From the NCBI GenBank assembly GCA_024704765.1, contig JAKMXF010000022.1, forward strand, positions 573,055-637,054: DNA of 64,000 nt, read 5' to 3'. The stretch comes from Oopsacas minuta. Its lineage: Eukaryota; Animalia; Porifera. Made by a program: the position numbers and the translations under genes. The notes beneath the pieces were generated by a model. The model worked only from the letters and a program-made list of their open reading frames with translations. It ran no database searches and was not told where the DNA came from. Positions 26,981-40,106 of this stretch are shown here, in pieces. Position 1 is the stretch's first letter; each line of letters opens with the position of its first letter.

Positions 26981-27256
26981 CACTCGAACCTCCCTCAACA
27001 GGGCACTATCTTTCTTAAAGGATTGAAATTATTCTGACTATTTTCAGGAAATTTTCCTTATAATAAAGCTGTCTTTACTCGTACTTCATATCTAACACGT
27101 TTCTTTTTAACTAACAAGCGTTAAAACATCTAGATTTGTCAATTCATATACATCCTGATATTTATCCTATAATTGGATCTTCCATAGACTTAATGTTATT
27201 TCTGATTTCCGGGCACCCTCCGGTCCTGCACTGCCCGGAGAAGAGAGGTTCGAGTG
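26981..27256. mobile_element. MITE, 276 bp
   Basis: TA-CACTCGAACCTC ... GAGGTTCGAGTG-TA, with imperfect extension to ~25 bp. Confidence 0.75.
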
Positions 27257-27718
27257 TATAATACTTTTGAACAAATATCGTTTTCGCCGTTACAATGATA
27301 AAATTAAATTAAAATATTTTAAAGATATTATTGATTGATTTCATAAAATGGTTTTATCCTGCATCGACAAAATCGATATTGGCCAACCCTTGGATCATAC
27401 AATGGGACATCAGAAATATAATATAGAAATAGGATTTTCATCGTAAACAGCGGATATGAAAGGTCATTATATGAGTACACACGGCACAAACACTATTAGA
27501 CTGAAAACTTAATAGGATAGGATTTTATGAATTTGCCAGGTCCGAGGAGGGATATCGTGGAATAAGCTCGTGATATATCTAGAGCAACATTTCCTCAAAT
27601 TTAAGCCTAACTCAAGAAACAGCTAATCAAGGGGGCTAAAATAATGTTATTCGGTTATTCCTGATGAATCACAATGTATCTAATGTTCAGTTGAATACAA
27701 AGTGTGAATATAGCAATA

Positions 27719-27904
27719 CAGTGGAGTCTCCAAAAACGGACACTCCGAAAAGCGGACAACTCCATGCAATGAACACACTTCGTAGCACGGATTGAATTTG
27801 CCAAGCATGTAATTAATACTTAAGCAGTCTCCGAGAAGAGGACAATTCTCTACAACGGACAGAAACCATGTCCCCAACGTGTCCGTTATTCGGAGACTCC
27901 ACTG
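27719..27904. mobile_element. MITE (pogo/Tigger-like), 186 bp
   Basis: ~25-bp TIRs CAGTGGAGTCTCC...AACGGACAC; TA at both flanks. Confidence 0.85.
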
Positions 27905-29915
27905 TATACGAATTTTATTCAACTAGGCATGATATAGTTTCCTATCAAATGAGGGAAATATAAATGTGTCATATTCGTTCGAGTACAATTATAATGAAAC
28001 ATGGGATTGGATCGATAAAATATGAATGTCGGGTTGTAATCCCTAGTCAAAACTCTAGGATAACAATCGAGCAAAAGCTAGTAAAGAAAGCTTTGACAAA
28101 TTACAATTTCAAGAAGCTGATAAACAGCTAAATAACCAGTTTGATAATAATATTAGCAATACGGTAATCTCCTATTACAACGAAGTGATTCTTTACCTCC
28201 GATAACTTGACGATAATTGATTTTACTCCGCTTACGACAAAATATTGCTTATAAAGAAAATGAATCCGAGGTCCCGAGTACTTCTTTATAACCAGAGTTT
28301 ATGTATAACATATACATATTTGATTATTGGCTGTGATACATATGTAGAGAAAATTAAGAGTTAAATTAGACAATCTATAGATGTATACTTCCACAAATAA
28401 TCTGCCGTGATCATGTAGTGCATGCCAACTAGGATGAAGATGTTATCAGTACGGAAACGCGAGTTTTAGTTAGACTCTGCATTTTGCAATTTTGGATGGG
28501 ACATCTCATATGTAAATTAGTCTGGTCAACAAAAACAAGACAAGACAATTCCGAACTTTGCATATTTTGGCGGGACATGAAACTCAATTCCACTCAAAAT
28601 ATATCCAAAAAGGCTATAGAGTTATCATGCCTAGTTGTGGTAATGGGTAATATATATCAAAAAGAAATTCACAATATTGGTTGTAGATAAACAGAAATTC
28701 CATTAAATTTCTCAAATCTAATAAAGGAATAAATAATATATAATTATTGAAAGAGTAATAGGAGTTTGATTCTTTAATCAAATATTGGATAATATAAAAT
28801 ATCCCAAATTATAGCTTTTCCTATCAATTTACATTTGTATTTCCATGGAATTATAAGTAAATTTCTTAAAATTTTATTAAGTGAAAGTTGTATTAGTTTT
28901 AATTCTTTTTTAGTTATAGCGAATATTGAGCCGTAATTACGTTAAAATTATTCATTTTCAGTATTTGTGTAAATTCATACAAACTAGTAAAATTGCTTAT
29001 TCATAACAGAAATATGTAATTACATTGTCGTGCTCATGCTCAGGATGTTTCGCTATAAAGAAAACTTGAGACAAATCCCGCCAAAGAGCTTGCTTAAGAA
29101 TCCAAGTATGCATGATGAACTATTGTATAGATAACATGCAACATTTCCTAACATAGTAAAAAGTATGTTTCATAGTTTCAAAATGCTAATATTTTTAACA
29201 TAAAATATTTTGTGATGAATAAACTGGGAGTGTAGCGGGCAAAACTCGAAAATTACAATTTGTGGAGACTCTTTAATAGAATTAATTAAAGTGGAATGCT
29301 ATTTTGAGGCAGTTTAATCGAAATCAAAGTAATAACACTGATAAACAAAATTGTAAAAGTTTTTGATGATTAAATAAAAATAGTTGAAATTGAACAATTT
29401 GAAGGGAATGTTTATGAATTAGTTAAGTATGTATTCACAACAGGTCTAGAATTTGTAATTTTCTGGTTGGAAGATTGCACCAATATGCGATTAAATATAT
29501 GAAATTAAACATACATTCATGTTTATTACCTACTAAATCATACTAATATTAACTATCACTAGCGCGCTACGCGGATTCTAACACTTCGTGTCCGTACTCA
29601 GCCTTCGACCCTCGCTTTGACTATTAGTTTGTGTGGTTTTCGGTAACAGCGTACCCGATTACACCACAATAACCGTTGAAACCACATTTCTAGGATAATT
29701 TTGAAATTTGTTTACTTTTTGTTTACTTTATATTCATATAAACAACTTAAATTTGTATATGACAAATCCATAAGTGTGATTCGGATTCACATATACGCTA
29801 ACCTTTAGTCAAGTTTTATGAAATTTGTATATTTTCCTGATTAACACCATAGATATAATAGATACAAACATTTTTGCAAATACGAATTCCACATTCCATT
29901 TCAGCTTCCTTAGCA

Positions 29916-30132
29916 ACAGACAAACGGATAGACAGACAGACAGATAGACAGACAGACAGACAGATAGACAGACAGACAGACAGATAGACAGACAGATAGA
30001 CAGATAGACAGACAGATAGACAGATAGACAGACAGATAGACAGATAGACAGATAGATAGACAGACAGACAGATAGACAGATAGACAGACAGATAGACAGA
30101 TAGACAGATAGACAGACAAACAGACAGATAGA
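29916..30132 (+). repeat. Compound (GACA/GATA)n tetranucleotide microsatellite, ~54 units
   Basis: Directly visible GACAGACAGATAGACA... array. Confidence 0.98.
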
Positions 30133-30680
30133 AGACGATTTGGTAAATTGAGATCTCTTATTAGGTCATCAAGATCATCTTGATCAATAAGCTGAGGAGA
30201 ATTATCATCTGGTGGGAGTATGTACTCATCAGAATCTCCACTACTATCATTGTCACTGCTAATGTCCAATATTTCTAATGGAACTGGTACAAGTAGGTCC
30301 TCTGAATGTGGAACTGACCTAATGGCGGACGGTACGTCTGGGTACGCAATACTGGATTTATTCTTTTTTGTGATACCATCAATTTTCGTCATACAGAAAT
30401 AACAATCCGAAAGATGACACATTGGCTCTCTCCATATCATTGGAACCGCAAATGACATTTTCTTTCTCTTCCCAGCATACCACAAGCGTAAGTTCTCAAC
30501 GCATGTCTTACATGCATTGTGTGGAGCCCACGGCTTATCTTAAACCCAAGATGGCATCCAAAATATGCGAAATAACAGCGTTCTATAGCCTTTGTGATAT
30601 TTGTCGTTGGTCAGTTGTAGTATACCTCCCACAAATACGACAAAACTTTTGGGAGAATTTTTATAAACACGAGAAGCCAT
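30133..30680 (-). pseudogene. Frameshifted, 3'-truncated N-terminal part of a Chapaev3-like (CMC superfamily) transposase
   Basis: Across frameshifts reads MASRVYKNSPKSF(C)RICG...YFAYFGCHLG..DKPWAPHNACKTCVENLRLWYAGKRKKMSFAVPMIWREPMCHLSDCYFC...YPDVPSAIRSVPH...DLIRDLNL. The family name comes from my recall of this motif set and needs a Repbase/Dfam check. Confidence 0.7.
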
Positions 30681-32170
30681 AAACAATAAAATGAACAAAA
30701 GTGGAATCAAACAGATTATAACTACTATTAGAGGCAATTTACATCATATAAGCAATTAAAACCAAATAAATTGGATAAGGGCGATGTGTAGAATTGAATT
30801 TAGAAATATTTTGACCATGTAGTCAATTAAAATACCGAAATAACTAAAATAGAAATTTCTTACTTTTAGTACCCTTGAGAGTGAAAAAAATACATAATAA
30901 TTCCCAATATATATCTACACTATGCAAAAGTAATAGAGAAAGAAGATCATCAAACATGTTGTATATCAGTGTAATATTTAGTGTGTAGTGTATCAAAGTA
31001 AATTTGCTATTGTTCTTAATTCAATAAAAATAGTGGCAGTGGGCACAGATAATTTTAGATATTTTAAAATCAAATACAGTGGCAAAGAATTCAAGAAGAA
31101 AACGCTGACCAATTTAGTCATTGAATTTGATTTTAACAAATGAAGCATATTACAGATGTAATTTCCAGACAACAATGTTTTGCTCCAGAAAATCTTCCAG
31201 CGCTGGCGCATGCTGGTGCGGACTGGATGGATATACCAAAAACGGATTTAAAGTGAACGATATGTGTTATAGAATGCAAAACGAAAGCGAAGAGGCAAAA
31301 TTTAGCTTTCGTTTTGCGAATTTCCAAAAAGACATATGCGAGTTTCCCAGAAAAAATACAGGAATTACAACATAATATTCGTAATCATAGTATCTTTAGT
31401 GATGAGTTACGTTTATAAATAAAAATACAAATTATTATCAGATATCATTGAAAATACAAAAGACAAAGCAATAGGATAAAGAGCTAAAAATCAAAAGTGG
31501 CGGAAATTCCAATTTACAAGGTTTGATTCCAAAGTATTTTCACTAAAAAGAGCAAATCAACAGAAAATCACATAGAAAACAAAGCTGATATTTTATTACT
31601 AACCTAAACATTCAGAACGATTTCACAGAACTTTTGAATATTCAAAATAATATTTTAGTATAGCATGTAATACTTAATGTGTATTTTGAGTATTTTGCTT
31701 AGTTTGCAGTTAGTTACTTCCTCAACATGTCATAACATCATGACATAAGTTCCGTTTACATTTATATTAATAAATGTCATCAATTATTTTTATAAGAAGC
31801 TACTTTCAATTTGAAATGCAAAAAGTTATTAATAAACTACAAATGAATGTACGCACTAACATACAAAAGCGTCGCTCAATAGAAAGTTCTATTTTCCATA
31901 TATGGCCATTGCTAGTTCGTTATCTTTCTATCTGAGCAACTATTTCATAAACAAAATTAACTGGAGAAGTGTATTGAGCAATTGCCAATAGGAGAACACC
32001 ACTCAGTCTGAATAATTAAAAGAACTCGTTACATAATAGTAAAGTCTTTCGCAAGTCTATTCTAATTAATCATTTACTGACGTATTTAACCTCATTCATC
32101 TAGCTATAATAATTAAAATATAGAAAGATATAAATTGAAAGTGATTTGGCATAAATTGCAAATGAAATAT

Positions 32171-33496
32171 TCACATATTATTTGTAATTGTCTTAATTAT
32201 GAAGTTAATCAAATCGGTTACATTATCGAAATTGAAATAACCTTCATTTCCATCAGATCTCCTGATGATCAGCTCAGCTCCATCACCCTGTCTATCGCTC
32301 AATACAATTGAATAAGGAAATCCGAATAATCTGCTATCCTTAAGTTTGTAAGAATGTGACAACTGCATTCTGTTATCGACAACAACTTCCCCTGTGTATA
32401 TATTGTCAAGCTGATAGTAAATATATTGTGCTCTGTCTAAATGTTTAGAATTATTACAATCACTAGAGGAGAGAGGAATAATTGAAATATTATAGGGAGC
32501 TAGTTTGTCAGGCCAAACAAGACGATCTGGAAACCTATCAGCTGTATGCTCACAAAGCGCGCCTAAAATTCTTGTTACACCCAAACCATAACAACCCATC
32601 TCAACAAAATTTCTATTATTTGAATCATCAAGGAATTTGAGATCAAAAGTCTCAGAGAAAGAAGTTCCAATATAAAATACATGACCCAACTCAATCGCTT
32701 TTTTACCTTCCCTCACACAACAAGTAGGAGACATACAACTTGATGGAATATTACCAGTAGACATTGAGAGGATATCTTCATTAGCCTGTATATCACATTT
32801 TTTACAAATAACCAATGTATTTTCACCGATAGAACATGGCAATTGGAATTCGTGTGAAAGTTTTCCACCCATGCTTTCACCATCTGCGGCTGTTTTCAAA
32901 ACTGGTAGATTTAAATCGCAGAATATTTTGTCATAAGCGATACAAACTTGTGAATAAGTCTCCATAGCATGCATTCTACAGACATCAAAAGTATATAAAT
33001 CTTTCATTAAAAACTCTCTACACCTCAGCAGACCGTATCGAGGTCTCATTTCGTCTCTGTACTTAGTTGTTATTTGATAGAGCTTAAGCGGTAAATGTTT
33101 ATATGATTGTATTAAAGCTTTAGATTGTATAAGATTTGTAATAGCCTCTTCATGAGTAGGAGACAAGCAATATTTTCTAAATTTGTTATCTTTAAGTTGG
33201 AACAACTCGTGACCGATCTTATCCACCCTCTTACTTGCCTCCCATAAACTCAGAGGGGTCAAATTCGCGAGGTGGATTTTAGTAGCCCCGATCTCTCGCA
33301 TACGAATATCGATAAGCTTCTCGAGCTTAGAAATGAATGATAGAGCGGGGGCCATTAGATGAAAAATTCCGGAACAAGCAGGTGAAATTATTCCAGAGGC
33401 TAGAAGTAGCTGTAAGCCTCTGCTCATTCCGTCCCTCTCTAACTCTCTTAGGACTGAGGAAGAAGTTTTCAAAGCAAGAGAAGTAAAAGATTGCAT
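32171..33496 (-). CDS. PARS2: Mitochondrial prolyl-tRNA synthetase, intronless
   Basis: LSPTHEEAIT, LPLKLYQITTKYRDEMRPRYGLLRCREFLMKDLYTFD (class IIa motif 2), ELGHVFYIG, MGCYGLGVTRI, anticodon-binding domain. First ATG (MQSFTS) at 33496. Confidence 0.93.
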   Translation of the reverse strand: MQSFTSLALKTSSSVLRELERDGMSRGLQLLLASGIISPACSGIFHLMAPALSFISKLEKLIDIRMREIGATKIHLANLTPLSLWEASKRVDKIGHELFQLKDNKFRKYCLSPTHEEAITNLIQSKALIQSYKHLPLKLYQITTKYRDEMRPRYGLLRCREFLMKDLYTFDVCRMHAMETYSQVCIAYDKIFCDLNLPVLKTAADGESMGGKLSHEFQLPCSIGENTLVICKKCDIQANEDILSMSTGNIPSSCMSPTCCVREGKKAIELGHVFYIGTSFSETFDLKFLDDSNNRNFVEMGCYGLGVTRILGALCEHTADRFPDRLVWPDKLAPYNISIIPLSSSDCNNSKHLDRAQYIYYQLDNIYTGEVVVDNRMQLSHSYKLKDSRLFGFPYSIVLSDRQGDGAELIIRRSDGNEGYFNFDNVTDLINFIIKTITNNM

Positions 33497-34224
33497 TCGT
33501 AACTCTAAATTTGCTTTGAAATAAATATCAAATAACATACAACTAAACAATTTACAAGCCAAGAAAAAGACCAATAATCAAAATTGAAAGTAAACAAGCA
33601 ATTAGTAATTTACCTATTAGTTAAATAAAGATAAATACGCATCAAATTTCTTTAAAATGGAAAATGGCTGAAATATGTTTTCCCATATTTATGCAAGGCA
33701 AAATGTCGAAAACTTGAAAGACAAAAATCCCCTACGGTACATACAAAAACAGCTGTACCTCAAAAACACGAAATATAATGCCTACGAGCCTATATAGGTT
33801 CCGTAGTAGAGGCTACAGACAATTAGTATAACGAACTATCTTACCGAGATATACTCAGTTTTGTCAAATAAGTAAGTATTTCAGACCTCAGATTCGACTG
33901 CTTGTACTGGTTATGGAATTTCTAAAAGTTAATACAATTTCAATGGCAAATCAAAATGTCACAAAAGTGGGATCAAAAATTCCCTACCGAAGTATAAATC
34001 TACAGGTTACAATAAACCTGTTAACATATTATAGATCTTAATCTTAATGGTGTGGGACTGTGGGAGGTAGAGCGAAAACTGACGAAACAAAAACAAAAAC
34101 AAAAAACAAAAAAGCACAAGATCATACTGGGTGACTATATTTTGTGTAGTCAGCACAGTAAAAATGAAGCCGAACTATTACCAAACATGAAACATGAGGG
34201 GTTAAGTAGTTCACCCGGACTCGG

Positions 34225-34300
34225 CTTTGTTGGTACAAGGAAATAACTTAAACCCCTCATTAAACATGAGGGGTTAAGATATTTCCTTGTACCAAAAAAG
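34225..34300. repeat. Near-perfect ~30-bp-stem hairpin with 5-nt loop
   Basis: TTGGTACAAGGAAATAACTTAAACCCCTCAT-TAAAC-ATGAGGGGTTAAGATATTTCCTTGTACCAA; a third direct copy of AACATGAGGGGTTAAG lies at ~34190-34206. Confidence 0.85.
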
Positions 34301-35295
34301 CATGGGGTATGAATCAGATAGAAATCACATAGACTCGGTATTATCGATATAAGCGTGACATAACCATGTAATAACAATTATCGTAGTAATAACGAAACAA
34401 ATAACTAACGCAATTTGCTTAACATTATTGCAAGGATAAATAAGCTTTTAGTTCCTTAAACGTTAGTTTCCAAGGAACTTTTTCAATTTTGATGCGTCAT
34501 TTGATATGTAGCAAATTGCAAATTAATCAATTGAAAGAAGAATAGAAGTTATTTGTTTATCTTTAAGATGTTCAATTTACAAACTTATGATATTTTCAAT
34601 GCAAAAAAACAATTTGTTTCGAATTCGACTTAATATGATGTAATCTTGACTTTAGTGTGAAGTATATGTAACAATCTGTTAAGTCATCCAATTTTCGGTT
34701 AAGGGAAATGGTGTAACCAGGAATTTCGTGTTTGTAGTGCAAAGTAACAATTAGAAATAGAGTAACACATTTTGCAACGTTGGACGAAATAATATATCCC
34801 CTGGGGCCCCGAGTTCTAGATGAGGTTCTGGAAGCGCTGTTCTTTAGGCCCAAGCGTCGTGTTCAAATTTCAAATTAACACCACACGAAGGATAGAAAGT
34901 AAAATACGAAAATGGACATGAATACGAAATATCCGGCTCAACAAGACACGAACACGGTTCGTGTTTGTGTTGTGATCGCTCAACTCTACGCTGTATACTT
35001 TGAGAAGGTCTCGAACAAAACGAATAGAAAGTTTTACATATGATTCACAAGACCCAGATACGTAGTTGATAATACCCAAATAGCACAACTGCATACAATT
35101 ATATTTATGTACTCTTTTATATGATACCCGTTTGAGAACCCCGCACACCTAGCAGCTACAGGTCTCTTAGCCACATCTACTCTGAAATGAATCAACTAAT
35201 TGATGGTCATATAGACCTACAAATTATGAGGAAATAATACCAAAAGATACGTAATAATACGTAATACAGTTTGTTTGTATGGGAAATAAAGATAC

Positions 35296-35643
35296 TCACA
35301 ACACATCCATAGATCCATCTGCAGCTAAATAGAATAGTATCTTTAGCTTGTCAATCTCTTCTATGTATTTCATTTTTTCAGATTTGAGTTTAGATACAGT
35401 TCCTTCAAGTTTTTGAATCTCCTCCTCCAATTTTTCACACTCAAGAACATGCAGCCATTTTTCCCTTCCACGTTTTCTTAACTTATTCAATTGCTCCTTT
35501 TCCTCGGGAGTTAGCGTACACATTAAGCTCTTTTTAAGCTCAGTGCAGGGTAGAAAAATAATATCCTGAATAGTGATATGCTTGTCTTTCAAGAATTGAA
35601 TTTGTGCAAAACTCAAATTACAAGCAAGCCTGTTGTCTGCCAT
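35296..35643 (-). CDS. Small CNC-type bZIP-like protein 1 with degenerate basic region (115 aa; may splice at GTGAGT 35299 to a short extra exon)
   Basis: ITIQDIIFLPCTELKKSL...LTPEEKEQLNKLRKRGREK resembles the CNC extended region; zipper LEGTVSK LKSEKMK YIEEIDK LK. Confidence 0.7.
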   Translation of the reverse strand: MADNRLACNLSFAQIQFLKDKHITIQDIIFLPCTELKKSLMCTLTPEEKEQLNKLRKRGREKWLHVLECEKLEEEIQKLEGTVSKLKSEKMKYIEEIDKLKILFYLAADGSMDVL

Positions 35644-36913
35644 AAAAATATTGTAAATAAAATTCGTGCCAATAAATTAACAATTTAACAAAAGCCTGAA
35701 TTATTTTTGTTAAGTGAAAATGAAAGAAAGTTTATTTATAGTGACCAGAAAATAACTACTCAATACCTTCAATAAACAGGGGAGCTTACCTATTCGTCAT
35801 ACAGAAAATGTTTATGGGCACAAATTTATGCAAATATCAAGCTATCAACCACAAATTAAAAAATTTCCTACTTCGAATCCAGAGATATCTTACAGCGAGA
35901 CAAAACCAAATAGAACTGCCAAATATTTTGAAGTTTCAAATATTTTATGGCCGTAGAAAATGAATCTCAAAATATTCCGATGATCGCTACATTTCGCTGA
36001 TGTGATCTATAACCAGCATGTGCCGACAGTTTAGTATATTTATTAAATTGTGTCAATGGCACAATTAATTGCAGCCACTATGCGTATTGCGGTCAAATTT
36101 AACAATTCATAAATACTACAATTAATATGCAAAATTAAATAAATTCATAATATAATATTCTGTCGCATACTTGCCAACTGTCCTGTTTTTGGCGGGACAT
36201 CACACTTTTTGGACATGTGTTGAGGGTCAATGAGGCAAACGTCCCGCCAAAACTTGTTAAAAACCTAAAGTGTCCCTCTTTTTTGTAGTCCAGGCTAATA
36301 CAAATATGCTACGTCCCGCGATGTCCGCTAAACAGGAATCCAAATACCATGGAAAAATCGAAATTTCTAGTTACGCATATACTCGAAAAGAAAGGATAGA
36401 ATCCCAAACTAATCGAGGAAACAAGAAATTACAGATATGGGCAACCAATTGGTTATTCAATTGCATCAGATAAAATAATGTACACATAAATACATTCAAT
36501 ATAGCTTAATTGTATTTCAATGCTGTTTACTTTAAAACACATAATCACTACGGCAATAATATGGAGGGCTGCCTCTAGGACACAAGTATGCACAAGTTGT
36601 ACTTTGGCAATGAACTTGGTTATTAACCTTGTTGTAAGGATAAAAGTAGAGAGTAGAGCCACAAACAACTAACAAATTATACATATACACATATGACCAA
36701 ACTTTCGATTTTATCATATTTCCAGTGATGAATTTTCAATCAGATTCTATTATGACTGTGATGTGATTGTGAAATAGAAAATTCGTATTTTCAGAATTAA
36801 AGAAAGTTTGTATACCAATTATATTTGTTTTTTCAAACAGGTTTGTGAAGTATAAATAAGTGATTCGAAGATAACAATAACAAAAATAAACAACAAAAAT
36901 AAAATAAATATAA

Positions 36914-37327
36914 ATGTCAAAAGATCGCATTATAGAATACGAATCTGAATTGAGTTCTTCTCAAATTCGATTACTTCAAGGCAAGAATATTTCACTGGAG
37001 AATGTAGTATTTCTATCGTGCACACAACTGAAGAAAAAATTAAAAGACACATATTTCTCTCCAGGAGAAGAAAAACAATTAAAGAAGTTAAGAAAGCGAG
37101 GAAGAGAGAAGTGGCTTCATATAAGAGAATGTCAATATTTACAAGATGACATAATACAACTGGAGGGAACAGCGAAAAATCTGAAAGAAGAAAAACGCAT
37201 ATTGGAAGAAGAAATAGAAAAACTCAAAATAAAATGCTTCCTAGCTGCTCCAGAAAATGCAGTGTATCAGGAAAATAGAATATTGGATGAAATATGCGAG
37301 CAAGACATACTGCAATGTTTCTCTTAA
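36914..37327 (+). CDS. Small CNC-type bZIP-like protein 2 with degenerate basic region (137 aa), paralog of 35296-35643
   Basis: ISLENVVFLSCTQLKKKL...FSPGEEKQLKKLRKRGREKWLH shared with paralog; zipper LEGTAKN LKEEKRI LEEEIEK LK. Confidence 0.72.
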   Translation: MSKDRIIEYESELSSSQIRLLQGKNISLENVVFLSCTQLKKKLKDTYFSPGEEKQLKKLRKRGREKWLHIRECQYLQDDIIQLEGTAKNLKEEKRILEEEIEKLKIKCFLAAPENAVYQENRILDEICEQDILQCFS

Positions 37328-40106
37328 TAATAATTAGCACCCGATACAAATCACCAAATATTAAACAATTCAAACATTAACATATTTTTCACTACAGCCT
37401 AGAGATACAGATATAACGTAACGAAGCTACTAGCCTGTTGTCAGGATAAAGATCTGTTCCTGAAAAATGTGTTCTAATTCAAAATGATTGCAGAATTACT
37501 TATCTGCAAGAAAACTGTTCATTAAATTAATTTTAGAATTTTTATTAATGAATTAAACTTACAACAAATAATCTACAATTCTACTGAGCTCTCAAATATA
37601 GATAATATATACTAGTATATGTGACGTATGATAACTTACTCTAGAGTATGGAATAGGAATATTCCCCCGTTTATTCGATACACTAGACCCACTGGAACTG
37701 GGGGGAAGGTAAAAGATGTTTCTTAAGACATGAAATATAATGGCTACTAACTCACAACTGTTGTACAGGTCCACTCAGTGAAAAGACTAATTTAAAATGA
37801 GTATAATAAAGTTTGGGCGATTTCCTCCCAAAGGCATAGCAAGAAAACAATCTGGTGAAATCGTTGAAAAGCTAGAATAATTAAGTAAATGAATATACAT
37901 TATGCTATGTAAGTTTTCATGTTGTGGTCTTGCAGTCCCCCAATTGACTCCACTTAATCGGGGAGACCGTTTAATTAATTGGGTACTCCAGGTAATTGCG
38001 GCCAAAATCTGGAATAAATGCGGAGTCAACGGTATAATTCATTGCAGTTTGATACAAATTCTACATCGAGACCAGACAGGACTGAAATGTACTGGATCAT
38101 ATTGTAACTACAAGATTCCCATCTGATGTTAATAAGTGCAATATAGTCATGATAGTGGAACCTCCACAAGCGGGCCTCCTGAAGCTGGGAATGTCTTAAC
38201 AGCGGGGGTAAAACATGTTTCAATTATATCAATTATAATGCAAATGAATCTCTGTAAGAGTAAGCGGCGAACCAATTCTTGAGGACACAACCTCCCCATT
38301 TCACGAGGTCAAATGTACTAATAAATACTGGAAATAAAGTACGAGTAGCCGACAAGCGACAATTCAGTGATTTGGCGATGCTAGTAGTGTTGCATCGGTC
38401 TGGACCGTTATTATACATCAATATTGAAATTGAAATTAAATACGTATAATAAAAGTTCAACCCTTGTGTTCTAGTAAATATCAAAGAAAAGTAGATAAAA
38501 GAGAAAATAATTACGCCATAATGAAATATTATAGTGAATAATTCTAGAAATGTGTCTAAAAGTCAATATTTTGAAAACAAAGCAAAATACATAAGGTTAA
38601 GTCAACTGAGGGAAATGCCGATGCAAATTCTTACCAAGGTAAAGTGAAATGGATACATAAACAATATTTCTGAAAAGTAAACTATTTGCTACACCGCTAT
38701 CAAAAACTGTACGATAAATATTTAATGGTATTTATTAATTAAAGGTTATACTGTTATGCATTCCTAGGAATATAGAAATACTGTAACAGTCTATGTGGAG
38801 CATACAACAAGATAGGGACAATTATCTACCTAAACAACTAGTAGTATATCATCAGCTATACATACATGGTGGTTTTATTAGCCATCATATATCGAAAGTT
38901 TATTAATCTGACAAAATACGAATTCAAAATAGTAAACCAACAGAGCATACGTAGATTATCGATTATGTATATTGAATACAAGATTAGGGATAATTGTAGT
39001 AAATAAAATGCATAGAACTCAAATAACAGCATATTTATGCTTGAATCATATATTTTTCTTATAAAACGAATTATGAAAACAAAAAATGTTGTTGGTAATT
39101 AAATTCAGCTGTAAACACAGGAAATATATAACTAAAAATATAACAAAAGATCCTACAAATATTCTATTCTACAAAAAATCATGAGAGCGAAAAATATTAT
39201 TATAAGGATTACAAAAAAGATCAAACACTTAGGTATCATACACAATTACTTATTATGTATATGAATTGATTTAGAAAACATTGTATCAACATATGGATTG
39301 TCTTTGAAGCTCTCCCCTAATCCAGTTTAATAGTAATGTAATGCAAAATACAAGTAATTCAAACAGCCACTTTCACTATCACATATAATGTCACGAATAG
39401 AGCCCTCCTTTAATTATTTAACATTACATAATCCCATTCAAAGTGAAACATAGATGAAGTGATCGTTAGCAATAGACACGTAATTTGAACTGAAACAACT
39501 CTTGCTGTGATTTAATGAAATATATCTGGCCATCTAAGTCATAGCATTAATATGTTAGACATAGCTATATCAATTGTTGTAAATCAGTAGCTAAATCTCA
39601 AAATACGCAGACTCGTAGGGACTTACCCTCAAAGATTGTCTACACATGGGCAAACATACTACTATTACGATAAATCCAAATTTGCAATTCTAAGTTAATC
39701 ATACATATATACTAATATTCGTCGCTGCCTTATGAAGTAACACAAATAATTGCAACTAAATATTCGTAGAAATATTATTATTCATCATACACGATGCAAC
39801 TTTATTGCATGCAACGAGGCAATATAAATAGTGTAACAATGTTGAGCAAAATTTCATTTTCAGGTTGCATGGAAAATTCAATATCCAAAATGTAACTTTG
39901 TAGCAATATGTATGGTGGGCTTAAGATATATTTTATACATAAAAGGGAATATCAATCGAAATATGTAAGTTTCCGTTTGGAGCCACACATTCGCCTATAT
40001 ACAAATATGTAGCTCCAATCTGAAGTGTGTTTTGGAAATTGATAGCTACGATCAATGAATACATTGAAGTGGAATTACTTACAAATTAAATACATACATA
40101 GGATAA

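Noticed and set aside
29910-30485. 191-aa ORF with SVCLSVYL repeats as a real gene
   Set aside because: Chimera of a broken transposase and a microsatellite; treated as a relic.
31050-31375. Possible Mutator transposase remnant (EFDF...FP...QKIFQRWR)
   Set aside because: Similarity too weak and interrupted to call.
37600-39700. Coding-like fragments on the minus strand (for example FSCYAFGRKSPKLYY; donor-like GTAAGT at ~37638 and ~39626)
   Set aside because: Multiple stops and frameshifts and no family I can name; possibly a decayed extracellular-protein pseudogene, but unsupported without a profile search.
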